Source: Labilithrix sp. (GTDB lineage Bacteria; Myxococcota_A; Polyangia; Polyangiales; Polyangiaceae). From it: DNA of 64,000 nucleotides. The notes under the pieces were generated by a model that had not been told where the DNA came from, made no database searches, and was given only the letters and a program-made list of their open reading frames with translations. The number at the start of each line of letters is the position of its first letter. The stretch's first letter is position 1. Where the stretch lies: assembly GCA_026128965.1 (NCBI GenBank), contig JAHCIY010000002.1:1872468-1936467 (forward strand), given 5' to 3'. The translations under genes and the position numbers were made by a program. Below are positions 46,965 to 55,672 of the stretch, one piece after another.

Positions 46965-48683
46965 GTGAAGCGTGAGACTCCCGCGTCGGCGTGGCAGCTC
47001 GCGCGCGCGATCGTCTGGGGCCAGCGCGGCAAGCTCGGCCTCGGCCTCGCGCTCCTCTTCCTCGATCGCGCGGCCGGCCTCGTGCTGCCGCTCGCGCCGA
47101 AGGTGCTGCTCGACGACGTGGTCGGCCGGCGGCGGACGGAGCTCCTGCTGTGGCTCGCCGCGGCGGTGGTGGGCGCCGCGATCGTGCAGGCGGCGGCGGG
47201 GTTCGCGCTCCAGCGCGTGCTCGGGCTCTCGGCCGAGCTCGTCGTCCTCGGGTGGCGGCGCCGCATCATGGCCCGCGTCACGCGCGCCCCTGCGTCCTGG
47301 CTCGACGCGCAGCAGACCGGCGCGCTCCTCGCCCGCGTGATGGACGACGCGTCGACGATGCAGAACCTCGTCGGCGCGCAGCTCGCGCGCTGGGCGAGCA
47401 ACGTCGTCACCGCCGTCTTCGCGTTCGGCGCGCTCTTGTGGATCGACTGGGCGATGACGCTCCTCGCGCTCGGCTTCGCGGCGCTGCCCGGCCTCGGGCT
47501 CCACCTCTCGTACCGTACGATGCGCCCGCTCTTCCGCGAGCGCGGCGAGCTGCGCGCGGCGCTGACGGGGCGGCTCGCGCAGACGCTCTCCGGCATGCGC
47601 GTCGTGAAGGCATTCGCCGCGGAGCGCCGCGAGCGCCTCGTCTTCGCGCGCGGCCTCCACCGCCTCTTCCGCGTGATGGCGCGGACGACGAACCGCCGCG
47701 GATCGATGGGCGCGGTCGCGACCGTGACGTACGCGGGCGTCGTCGCGATCGTGCTCGTGCTCGGCGCGCGCGCGATCCTCGACGGGCACATGACGCTCGG
47801 CGACTTCGCGAGCTACGTCGCCTTCGCGCTCATGTTCGCGGCGCCGCTCGTGGACCTCCCCGAGATTGCGACGCGCCTCTCGGAGACGCTCGCCGACCTC
47901 GATCGCGTGCGCGCGGTGGACGCGGTCGCGCCCGAGGACGAAGGCGACGACGAGCGCGCGCCGCTCTCCGGGTTCGCGGGGACGATCGCGTTCGACGACG
48001 TCACGTTCGGCTACGATCCGGACGCGCCGGTGCTCCACGGCGTGTCGTTCCGCGCGGAGGCGGGGACGACGACGGCGATCGTCGGACCGAGCGGGGCGGG
48101 GAAGAGCACGCTCTTCTCGCTCGCCCTCGCGTTCCGGCGCCCGGACGCGGGAGCGATCCGGGTCGACGATCGCGACCTCGCCACCGTGCCGCTCCGAGAC
48201 TGGCGGAGCAAGCTCGCGGTCGTCCTCCAGGACGACTTCCTCTTCGACGGCACCCTCGCGGAGAACATCGCGCTCGGGCGGCCCGGCGCGACGCGCGAGG
48301 AGATCGAAGCGGCGGCGACGGCCGCGCGCTGCGACTTCGCCGCCCTCGACGCCGCGATCGGCGAGCGCGGCCTGCGCCTCTCCGGCGGGCAGCGGCAGCG
48401 GGTGTCGATCGCGCGCGCGCTGCTCAAGGACGCGCCGGTGCTCCTCTTCGACGAGGCGACCTCGAGCCTCGACGGCGAGAGCGAAGGCGCGGTCCGCGAG
48501 GCGATGGCGACGCTCCTCCGCGGACGCACCGTGCTCGTGATCGCGCACCGGCTCTCGACCGTGCGCGCGGCCGATCAGATCCTGGTCCTCGAGCGCGGCC
48601 GCGTCGTCGAGCGCGGCACGCACGCGTCGCTCGTCCTTGCGGGCGGGCGCTATCGGTCGCTCTACGAAGCGCAGGCCTTGTAG
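46965..48683 (+). CDS. ABC transporter, fused permease/ATPase exporter (MsbA-like)
   Basis: Six-TM domain, then Walker A GPSGAGKST, the ABC signature LSGGQRQRVSIARAL, and Walker B LLFDEATSSLD. Confidence 0.9.
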   Translation: MKRETPASAWQLARAIVWGQRGKLGLGLALLFLDRAAGLVLPLAPKVLLDDVVGRRRTELLLWLAAAVVGAAIVQAAAGFALQRVLGLSAELVVLGWRRRIMARVTRAPASWLDAQQTGALLARVMDDASTMQNLVGAQLARWASNVVTAVFAFGALLWIDWAMTLLALGFAALPGLGLHLSYRTMRPLFRERGELRAALTGRLAQTLSGMRVVKAFAAERRERLVFARGLHRLFRVMARTTNRRGSMGAVATVTYAGVVAIVLVLGARAILDGHMTLGDFASYVAFALMFAAPLVDLPEIATRLSETLADLDRVRAVDAVAPEDEGDDERAPLSGFAGTIAFDDVTFGYDPDAPVLHGVSFRAEAGTTTAIVGPSGAGKSTLFSLALAFRRPDAGAIRVDDRDLATVPLRDWRSKLAVVLQDDFLFDGTLAENIALGRPGATREEIEAAATAARCDFAALDAAIGERGLRLSGGQRQRVSIARALLKDAPVLLFDEATSSLDGESEGAVREAMATLLRGRTVLVIAHRLSTVRAADQILVLERGRVVERGTHASLVLAGGRYRSLYEAQAL

Positions 48684-48697
48684 TACGCTGGCGCGCC

Positions 48698-49141
48698 ATG
48701 TCCCTCGCAGACCTCGTCCCCGCCGGCGTCAACCCGAGCACGGAGCAGCAAGACGTGTTGCTGGAGCTCGCGTTCCTCACCACCGCCGCCGACGGGCGCC
48801 TCCACGACGACGAGCTGCGCGCGTTCCTGGAGATCGCGACGCGCCTCCGCGGCAAGGAGCCGAGCGACGCGGAGTTCGACGTGATGCTGAACCGCTTCTC
48901 GAAGCAGGCCAACGCGCGCGACATCGGCGAGCGCGTGCAGACGCTCGCGAAGTCGGTGCCGGCCGAGCTCAAGCCGGTCGCGTTCAAGCTCGCGGTCGCG
49001 CTCGGCGTCGCCGACCTCGACGCGAGCGAGGACGAGAGCGAGCTCCAGTCGATCCTCGCCGAGGCGTTCGGCTTCGACGACGCGAAGGTCGGCGAGCTCA
49101 CCGCCGAGGTCTACGCGTCGCTCGACGCCGGCGAGGAGTGA
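48698..49141 (+). CDS. TerB-like domain protein
   Basis: LLELAFLTTAADGRLHDDELRAFLEIA and LAVALGVADLDASEDESELQSIL fit the TerB/DjlA-N fold pattern. Confidence 0.5.
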   Translation: MSLADLVPAGVNPSTEQQDVLLELAFLTTAADGRLHDDELRAFLEIATRLRGKEPSDAEFDVMLNRFSKQANARDIGERVQTLAKSVPAELKPVAFKLAVALGVADLDASEDESELQSILAEAFGFDDAKVGELTAEVYASLDAGEE

Positions 49142-49181
49142 GCGCCTGTTCCACCCCGAAGGCCCCACGTTCGCGGAGCTG

Positions 49182-49835
49182 ATGCGCCAGGCGCTCGCCT
49201 CGACCGAGCGCGGCTACGATCTCCTCGCGCCGAAGTTCGATCGGACGCCGTTCCGCACGCCGGACGCGGTCATCACGGAGATGATCGCGGCCATCGGCGA
49301 GGCCGGCGCCGCGCTCGACGTGTGCTGCGGGACCGGCGCGGTGATGCAACAGCTCCGCGCGGTGTGCAGCGAGCGCGTCGTCGGCGTCGACTTCAGTCAG
49401 GGGATGCTCGACGAGGCGCGGCGGCGGCTCGAGGGCGCGCCGGGCGAGGCGCGGATCGAGCTCGTGCGCGGCGACGCGCTGGAGCTCCCGTTCCTCGAGG
49501 AGATGGACGTCGTCACGAGCGCGGGCGCGTTCGGCCACGTGCTGGTGGAGGACGAAGACCGCTTCATCGCCGGCATCGCGCGCACGCTGAAGCCGGGCGG
49601 CCGCTTCGTCTTCCCGACGACCCGCGCGCCGCGCATGACCGACGGGTGGTTCTGGATGGCGCACGGCTTCAACGCCGTGATGCGGGTGCGGAACGCGCTC
49701 CGGCGGCCGCCGTTCATCATGTACTACCTCACGTTCCTCTGGCCGGAGGTCCGCGCGAAGCTCGAGCGGAACGGCTTTTCGGTGCGCGCTGCGGAGCACG
49801 ACCGCTTCGTGATCGTGACCGCGACGAAGCGCTGA
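49182..49835 (+). CDS. class I SAM-dependent methyltransferase
   Basis: Motif I ALDVCCGTGAV, then acidic D-F motif II and LKPGGRFVF motif III. Confidence 0.8.
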   Translation: MRQALASTERGYDLLAPKFDRTPFRTPDAVITEMIAAIGEAGAALDVCCGTGAVMQQLRAVCSERVVGVDFSQGMLDEARRRLEGAPGEARIELVRGDALELPFLEEMDVVTSAGAFGHVLVEDEDRFIAGIARTLKPGGRFVFPTTRAPRMTDGWFWMAHGFNAVMRVRNALRRPPFIMYYLTFLWPEVRAKLERNGFSVRAAEHDRFVIVTATKR

Positions 49836-49856
49836 GATCGCGTACGATGGCGCGCC

Positions 49857-50876
49857 ATGAGGATCCATCTCATGGTGCTGACCGCCGTCGCGTGTTTGCC
49901 GCTGGCGTGCTCGGACGGCGGTTGTGGCGGTGGTGGCAGCGCGGCGACCGAGGCCGGCGCGGGCTCGGCGGCGCTGACGGCGTCGGCGCCGGCGCCGGTC
50001 TCGTCGACGGCGAGCAGCACCGGGCGTCATCGGATGATGGTGCGCGCGGGCGGCGCGGTCGGCTCGCTGTTCCGCGCCGCGAGCCAGCTTGATCTCAAGG
50101 AGGAGCAGAGGACGCGGATCGAGAAGATCGCGACCGACCTGCGCGAGGCCGATCGGGCCGGGGGCGAGGGCGACGCCGGCGGCGTGCGCAAGGAGCTCCG
50201 CGCGATCCACGACGAGATGGTCGCCGGGGCGAAGGCGGGGAAGGTCGACGCCGCGAAGCTCGAGCCGCACTTCTCCGTCCTCGAGAAGGAGGCGAAGGAG
50301 CGGCACGCGCGCGACGTCGACGCGCTCGGCAAGCTCCACGCGGTGCTCGAGCCCGCGCAGCGCACGTCGGTCGCGGCGACGGTGAAGAAGAGCGAGGACG
50401 ACCGCGCCGGGCGCATGAAGGCGCAGGAGACCGCGCTCGCCGCGCGCGTGGCCGACGGCGGCATGACCGCGACGCGCCGTCGCTACGAGAGCTGGGTCCG
50501 CGAGCTCTCGCTCGACGACGAGCAAAAGAAGAAGCTCGAGGCGTTCATCCCGAAGGACGATCCGAAGGCGCAGCTCGAGCAGCGCGAGGACGGGAAGAAG
50601 CGCTCCGACGCGACGATCGCGGCGTTCGAGAAGGAGACCTTCGACGCGAACGCGCCGCCGCCGCCGGACGGCAGCCGCATCCGCCGCCCCTACGACGAGC
50701 AGGTGAAGTTCTTCAACCAGCTCATCCCGATCCTGAAGCCGGAGCAGAAGGACAAGCTCGTGCAGCGCCTCGAGCGGCAGAGCACCGGCACGTTCGACCA
50801 CGGCCGCCGCCGCGGCGGCGGACCCGACGAACATGATCCCGACCCCGACGACCGCGAAGAACGCGACCCCCGCTAG
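49857..50876 (+). CDS. periplasmic LTXXQ-motif (Spy/CpxP-like) lipoprotein
   Basis: LTAVACLPLACS lipobox. Repeated L(K/D)xEQ motifs (LKEEQRTRI, LDDEQKKKL, LKPEQKDKL) in a helical Lys/Glu-rich protein. Confidence 0.6.
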   Translation: MRIHLMVLTAVACLPLACSDGGCGGGGSAATEAGAGSAALTASAPAPVSSTASSTGRHRMMVRAGGAVGSLFRAASQLDLKEEQRTRIEKIATDLREADRAGGEGDAGGVRKELRAIHDEMVAGAKAGKVDAAKLEPHFSVLEKEAKERHARDVDALGKLHAVLEPAQRTSVAATVKKSEDDRAGRMKAQETALAARVADGGMTATRRRYESWVRELSLDDEQKKKLEAFIPKDDPKAQLEQREDGKKRSDATIAAFEKETFDANAPPPPDGSRIRRPYDEQVKFFNQLIPILKPEQKDKLVQRLERQSTGTFDHGRRRGGGPDEHDPDPDDREERDPR

Positions 50877-51906
50877 GCTCGCGCTCGCGCGGGTCGTTCG
50901 GATCGCGCTGGCGGCGCTGCTCGTTGCTGCGTGCTCGCGCAAGGAGGAGCCGGCGCCGTCGGTTGCGCCGTCGTCGTCGGTCGCGCCTGCACCTTCGCCT
51001 TCGGTCTCCGTGGTGCCGGTGCCCGTCGTCGCGAGCGTGCCGGACGCGGCGATCGTGCCTGCGCGGGTGGAGCCGAACGAGGCTGCGCGCGTGCACGCGA
51101 GGCGGCTCGCGGAGGTGCCGCTCACCGGCGCGGCGATGGCGACGATGAAGAAGCAGTACACGGTCATGCCGGCGGGCGTGGACGTCCAGCAGGCGCCGCT
51201 CACCGCGCGCGGGCGCATCGCGTCGCTCGTCTCGTTGACGGGGAAGCCGACGTCGGACGCGCTCCCGATCGTGATCGTCCACGACGAACGCGGCGACGTG
51301 CTCTGGTCGAAGGACGGGCCGGTCGCCGGCATCATGCCGCCGGTCGGTCCGCTCGCGATCGCGGCGGCGCCGAAGGGCCGCGTCGCGTTCGCGGCGTGCG
51401 ATCCCCCGACGACGACGGTCGCGCTGCGGCTGTGGGACGACGACGGCTCGCCGTTCGCGGACTTCCAGGCGATGGCGATGGAGTCCTGCGACGCGCTCGC
51501 GCTCCTCTACTGGCCGAAGCAAGGCTGGCTCATCGTCGCCGCCCGCCCCGGCGCGACGCGCGCCCGCCTCGTGAAGGACACCGGCACGCCGGCGTGGAGC
51601 GACGCGATCGACGTCGGCGCGCGCTCGCCGGCGGACGCGATCGCGATCCCGAGCGTCGCCGCCGACACCGACGAGAGCTTCGTCCTCGTCCAGGTCGCGC
51701 AGCCCACCGCGACGCCGGGCTCGCCGTTCCACGCGCTCGCGTGGCGCTACGACAAGGAAGGCAGCCCGATCTGGAAGCAAGCGCTCGACCTCGGCGAGGC
51801 GCCGAAGGGCGCGCGCGCGGTGCTGACGGCGCGCGAAGCCGGCGTGAGCGTGAAGCTCCCCGGCCGCCCCGACATCGAGGTGAAGCCGAGCGGCGCGTTC
51901 CGCTGA
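50833..51906 (+). CDS. lipoprotein, unknown function
   Basis: LAALLVAACS lipobox and a Pro/Ser/Val linker. It overlaps the 3' end of the upstream gene by 44 nt if ATG 50833 is used, so the start is uncertain. Confidence 0.45.
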   Translation: MIPTPTTAKNATPARLALARVVRIALAALLVAACSRKEEPAPSVAPSSSVAPAPSPSVSVVPVPVVASVPDAAIVPARVEPNEAARVHARRLAEVPLTGAAMATMKKQYTVMPAGVDVQQAPLTARGRIASLVSLTGKPTSDALPIVIVHDERGDVLWSKDGPVAGIMPPVGPLAIAAAPKGRVAFAACDPPTTTVALRLWDDDGSPFADFQAMAMESCDALALLYWPKQGWLIVAARPGATRARLVKDTGTPAWSDAIDVGARSPADAIAIPSVAADTDESFVLVQVAQPTATPGSPFHALAWRYDKEGSPIWKQALDLGEAPKGARAVLTAREAGVSVKLPGRPDIEVKPSGAFR

Positions 51907-51934
51907 TCGCCTCGTGCGCTCGCCCGCCGCTCGT

Positions 51935-52273
51935 CTACGGCGCGGAGTCGCCGAGGCCGAGCACGTACGTGAGGTCGCGCACGACCTTGAGCTCGAGGGG
52001 GGAGAGGCGGCCGTCGGCGGACGCGGCGTCGACGAGGACGGTGACCATCTCCTGCTTCTCCTCGAGCGAGAGCTTGGCGACGATCGACTCTGCCTGGTCG
52101 AGGCCGTCGAGGTCGATCACCTTCTTCCGCATCGCCTCGTCGAGCTCGAGGCGCTTCATCAGGCGGTCGAGGAACGCGCGCTCGTTCTCGGTCATGATGC
52201 CGTCGGCGACGAGGACCTTCGACACGAGCAGGCACTTGGCGACCTTGGCATCCATCGCCGGGCAGCGTAGCAC
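51935..52273 (-). CDS. TerB-like domain protein
   Basis: LVADGIMTENERAFLDRLM...VLVDAASADGRLSPLELKVV. Confidence 0.5.
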   Translation of the reverse strand: MLRCPAMDAKVAKCLLVSKVLVADGIMTENERAFLDRLMKRLELDEAMRKKVIDLDGLDQAESIVAKLSLEEKQEMVTVLVDAASADGRLSPLELKVVRDLTYVLGLGDSAP

Positions 52274-52299
52274 TCAACTCCCGCCCGGGGAGCCGCGAC

Positions 52300-53043
52300 T
52301 CACGTCCGAGGAGGTGCGGTGAGCCGCGCGATCGCGACGCCCGCGGCGACGCCGACGTTGAGCGATTCGACGGCGCCGGTGCCCTTGATCGCGAGGAGCA
52401 CGTCGCACTGCGCGCGGACGCGGCCGGAGAGTCCTTCGCGCTCGTTGCCGAGGACGAGCACGGAGGGGCGCGGGAAATCGTAGGTCAGCGCGTCGGCGTC
52501 GGCGTGTCCGTCGGTCCCGAGGACGGTGACGCCGCGGCGGCGGAGGCGGCCGATCGTGTCGGCGAGGTCGGTCGTGCGCGCGAGGTCGAGGTGCTCGCAT
52601 CCGCCCTCCGCGACGCGGATCGCGTTCGGGTCGAGCCCCGGATGCGGGGCCGGCGCGCCGAGGATGACCGCGTCGACGCCGAAGAACGCTGCGCTCCGGA
52701 GGATCGCGCCGATGTTGTACGAGTTCCGCACGCGGTCGAGCGCGAGCGCCACGCCGCGACGCGCGGTGAGGCGATCGGCGAGCTCGAGCGGCGACAGCCA
52801 CGCGCGCTCGCTCGCCTCGAGGCAGATCCCTTCGTGCTGCTTCGTGCCCGCGAGCTTCTCGATCTCGTGCTCCCGCAACAGGCCGACGTGCGTCTTGCGC
52901 TTCCCGAGCGCGTGCTCCACCGCGGCGAGGTGCTCGCGCGTGCACGCGACCCGGATCACGTCGTCCGGCCGCCGCTCCAGCACCGCGAGCGCCGCCCGAT
53001 GCCCATGGATGCGCTCGCACGCGCCACCGCCTCGCGCGGTCAT
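52300..53043 (-). CDS. TrmH/SpoU-family RNA 2'-O-methyltransferase
   Basis: SPOUT C-terminal blocks LVLGNEREGLS and ESLNVGVAAGVAIARL. Confidence 0.8.
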   Translation of the reverse strand: MTARGGGACERIHGHRAALAVLERRPDDVIRVACTREHLAAVEHALGKRKTHVGLLREHEIEKLAGTKQHEGICLEASERAWLSPLELADRLTARRGVALALDRVRNSYNIGAILRSAAFFGVDAVILGAPAPHPGLDPNAIRVAEGGCEHLDLARTTDLADTIGRLRRRGVTVLGTDGHADADALTYDFPRPSVLVLGNEREGLSGRVRAQCDVLLAIKGTGAVESLNVGVAAGVAIARLTAPPRT

Positions 53044-53624
53044 GCGCCGTCTCGCGCGGTCATGTCGCGGAGGCGGTCGATTTCTGCGAGGAGGGTGCGG
53101 GCGAAGTCGAGGTCCATGTGGCGGCGGTTCTTGTCGCCGACGAAGAACTCGTCGAGGTGGCCGCGCCGCTGCTGCTCGTAGGTGAGGGCCTTCACGAGCA
53201 TCTGCAGCTTGTCGGCCGCCTTCACGACGCGCGCCTCGAGCGTCGTCGCCTCTTCCGCCTCTCTCCAGAGCGCGAGCTGCGCGGGCGTCAGCACCGGCGC
53301 GAGAGTGGCCTCCTCCGCGGCGGCGAGCGCGCTCCGCAGCGCCTCGCTCTTCGCCGGCATCGGGACGTCGCCGGTGAAGGCCTCCGCGACGTCGTGGACG
53401 AGCGCCATCCGGAGGACGCGCTCGCCGTCGACCGCGGTCCCGTTCGCGCGGAGGTCGTCGACGATGAGCGACGCGACGACGGCGACGCCGAACGAGTGCT
53501 CGGCGATGCTCTCGGGATCGACGACGCCGCGGAGGAGCCAGCCCGTGCGCGGGAGCGACGCGAGGCGATCGAAGAGCTGGACGAGCTCGACGGCGGACGC
53601 GGCGGACGCGGACGCGGCCGGCAT
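53040..53624 (-). CDS. HD-domain phosphohydrolase (YfbR-like)
   Basis: IAEHSFGVAVVA...ALVHDVAEAFTGDVP gives the H..HD..D metal-binding pattern. ATGA overlap with trmH. Confidence 0.75.
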   Translation of the reverse strand: MPAASASAASAVELVQLFDRLASLPRTGWLLRGVVDPESIAEHSFGVAVVASLIVDDLRANGTAVDGERVLRMALVHDVAEAFTGDVPMPAKSEALRSALAAAEEATLAPVLTPAQLALWREAEEATTLEARVVKAADKLQMLVKALTYEQQRRGHLDEFFVGDKNRRHMDLDFARTLLAEIDRLRDMTARDGA

Positions 53625-54136
53625 CACGCGTCTTTGAACGGGAGGCCGCCGATGAAGTCGGCCTTCCCGAGCGGGACGCCGTTGTGCCGGAGGATCGCGT
53701 ACGCGATCGTGAGGTGGAAGTGGAGGTTCGGGATCCCGAAGTCGTAGACGTACTCCTCGCCGAGGAGGTACTTGCCCGGCATCCACGGCAAGATGACCTT
53801 GCGCGCCTCGGCGCCCTCGAAGTCCTCGCGCGTGAAGCCGGACTGGATCTCGCGCGCGGAGCGGAGGCGGGCGCGGACCTCTTCCCAGGTCTTCTCCGTG
53901 TCGGGGTGGGAGGGGACCTCTTTGCCCGTCAGCCGCGTGCAGATGAACTTCGTCTGATCGCAGATCGACTGGAACTGACGGACGAGCGGCAGCATGTCGG
54001 GCGCGAGGCGCGCGGTGAGCATCGTGTCGGCGTCGAAGTTCTTGCTCTTGGCGAATTCGACCGTTTTGTCGATCCATCGCTCGCAGACCTCGAGCGACTT
54101 CGTGAAGCGAGGGACGGTGTGCTCGTAGAGGCTCAT
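53624..54136 (-). CDS. DUF1993-family protein
   Basis: MSLYEHTVPRFTKSLEVCERWIDKTVEFAK...FHLTIAYAILRHNGVPLGKADFIG is conserved DUF1993 organisation. Confidence 0.55.
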   Translation of the reverse strand: MSLYEHTVPRFTKSLEVCERWIDKTVEFAKSKNFDADTMLTARLAPDMLPLVRQFQSICDQTKFICTRLTGKEVPSHPDTEKTWEEVRARLRSAREIQSGFTREDFEGAEARKVILPWMPGKYLLGEEYVYDFGIPNLHFHLTIAYAILRHNGVPLGKADFIGGLPFKDA

Positions 54137-54147
54137 TCCCCTCTCAC

Positions 54148-55182
54148 CTAACACCCCGGCGGCGGGTCGTCGATGCGCGCCACGAGGCGGTGACCGCGCG
54201 CGCCGTGCACGAGCGCGAGGCCGCCGAAGGCGAGCACGAGCACGCCGGCGGTGGCGTGCTCGAGGCCGCGCGCGACGAGCGGCGCCGACGCGAGGGCGAC
54301 GAGGAACGCGGCGGCGACGAGGACGCCGCGCTCGACGAGGGGCCGCGCGCCCTGGACGCGGAGGGTGAGCTGCCGGACGCCGACGAACACGAACACGACC
54401 GAGCCGGCGAGGATCGCGGCGTGGGTGCCGAGCGCGCCGGTCTTCGTCGCGAGGGCGATCGCGAGCCCGAACGCGAGCGGCGCCGCGAACGGCAAGAGCC
54501 GCCCGCGCCTCCGCGCGACGCGCACGAAGGAGTGCACGATGCCGACGGCGGCGACGAGGGTGACGAAGGCGAGGATGGCGACGGGGAGCGAGACGGGCCC
54601 GAGGTGGACCGCGCCGATCGCGGCGGCGCCGAACAGCGCCCGCGCGGCGAGGGCGATCGTGAGGCACGCGATCGACTCGATCTGGTTGAACATCCCGAGC
54701 TGGAACACGCCCGTCTCGGCCTGCTCCCAGTACGTGACCGCGGCGGCGGCGGGGATGATCACGGCCGCGGCGACGCTCCAGTACGGCGGCGCGCCGAGGG
54801 TGACGACGGTCATGATCGCGACGTAGGACGCGTTGAGGAGGTCGAGCCCGTGATCGAGGAACTCGCCGGTCGCGGAGCACTGGTTGGTCCGTCGCGCGTG
54901 CGAGCCGTCGGCGTTGTCACACCAGAGGTACGCGTTGAGGAGGAGCGCGACGACGAAGAACGGCGCGCCGCGGTCGAGGTCGGCGGACGCCATCAGGAGC
55001 GCGAGCGCAGCGAGGCTGAGGAGGTGCCCGGCGTGGGTGATCGCGTTCGGCGACAGCCGCTCCGGAATGGCCGGGAGCACCGGCTCGACGAGGAGCCGCT
55101 TGTAGTGCGGGAGAAGCAGCGACCGATCCTGAACGGAGTACTCGAGACCCACGCGCCGCCCTCTTTCAAGATACATGCGCAC
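54148..55182 (-). CDS. CDP-alcohol phosphatidyltransferase family membrane protein
   Basis: CDNADGSHARRTNQCSATGEFLDHGLDLLNA is the D-G..AR..G...D...D signature. Multiple TM helices. Confidence 0.75.
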   Translation of the reverse strand: MRMYLERGRRVGLEYSVQDRSLLLPHYKRLLVEPVLPAIPERLSPNAITHAGHLLSLAALALLMASADLDRGAPFFVVALLLNAYLWCDNADGSHARRTNQCSATGEFLDHGLDLLNASYVAIMTVVTLGAPPYWSVAAAVIIPAAAAVTYWEQAETGVFQLGMFNQIESIACLTIALAARALFGAAAIGAVHLGPVSLPVAILAFVTLVAAVGIVHSFVRVARRRGRLLPFAAPLAFGLAIALATKTGALGTHAAILAGSVVFVFVGVRQLTLRVQGARPLVERGVLVAAAFLVALASAPLVARGLEHATAGVLVLAFGGLALVHGARGHRLVARIDDPPPGC

Positions 55183-55639
55183 GCCCTCGCAGCCATCCAG
55201 CCGGGTTTCGCCGCACGTTTCACACCGCTTTCACATCACCGCGCACCCGCCGCCGCGCCGCGGCGCGAACCCTTCGCGCTGACTCACCTCGCGCCTCGAG
55301 CGCAGCGCGGCGAGGGTGGCGACGCGGCGACGCGGCGGCGCGGCGGCTATATGTGCTTTTTATTTGGCGTGCACGACTCTCCAGTCCGCCGTAACGCCTT
55401 CGGTATGCGGCGTCGCGAGGATCTGCCTTTTCGCTCCGCATCGCGCTCGCATCCCAGCCAAAGATCCGATCCCGAGTCCACCACCCAACGCCGGCGCGAT
55501 CGCTTCGGGCGGGGGGCGGGGTGCACGCGGGGAGGGGAGGGATGGGCGCGGGGATGCGCCGTGGCCTCGTAGGTGAGGAGGCGGTGGCAGCGCCGCACGG
55601 AAGGACGCTGTAGGTGGGAATGAGGGTAGTGCAACGCCT

Positions 55640-55672
55640 AAAGAAGAATGCTCGCTTCGTGCGAGGGGCGTT
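55640..55672 (-). terminator. intrinsic-terminator-like hairpin after the kinase gene
   Basis: Minus-strand CCCCTCGCACGAAGCGAGCATTCTTCTTT lies immediately after the stop. Confidence 0.4.
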
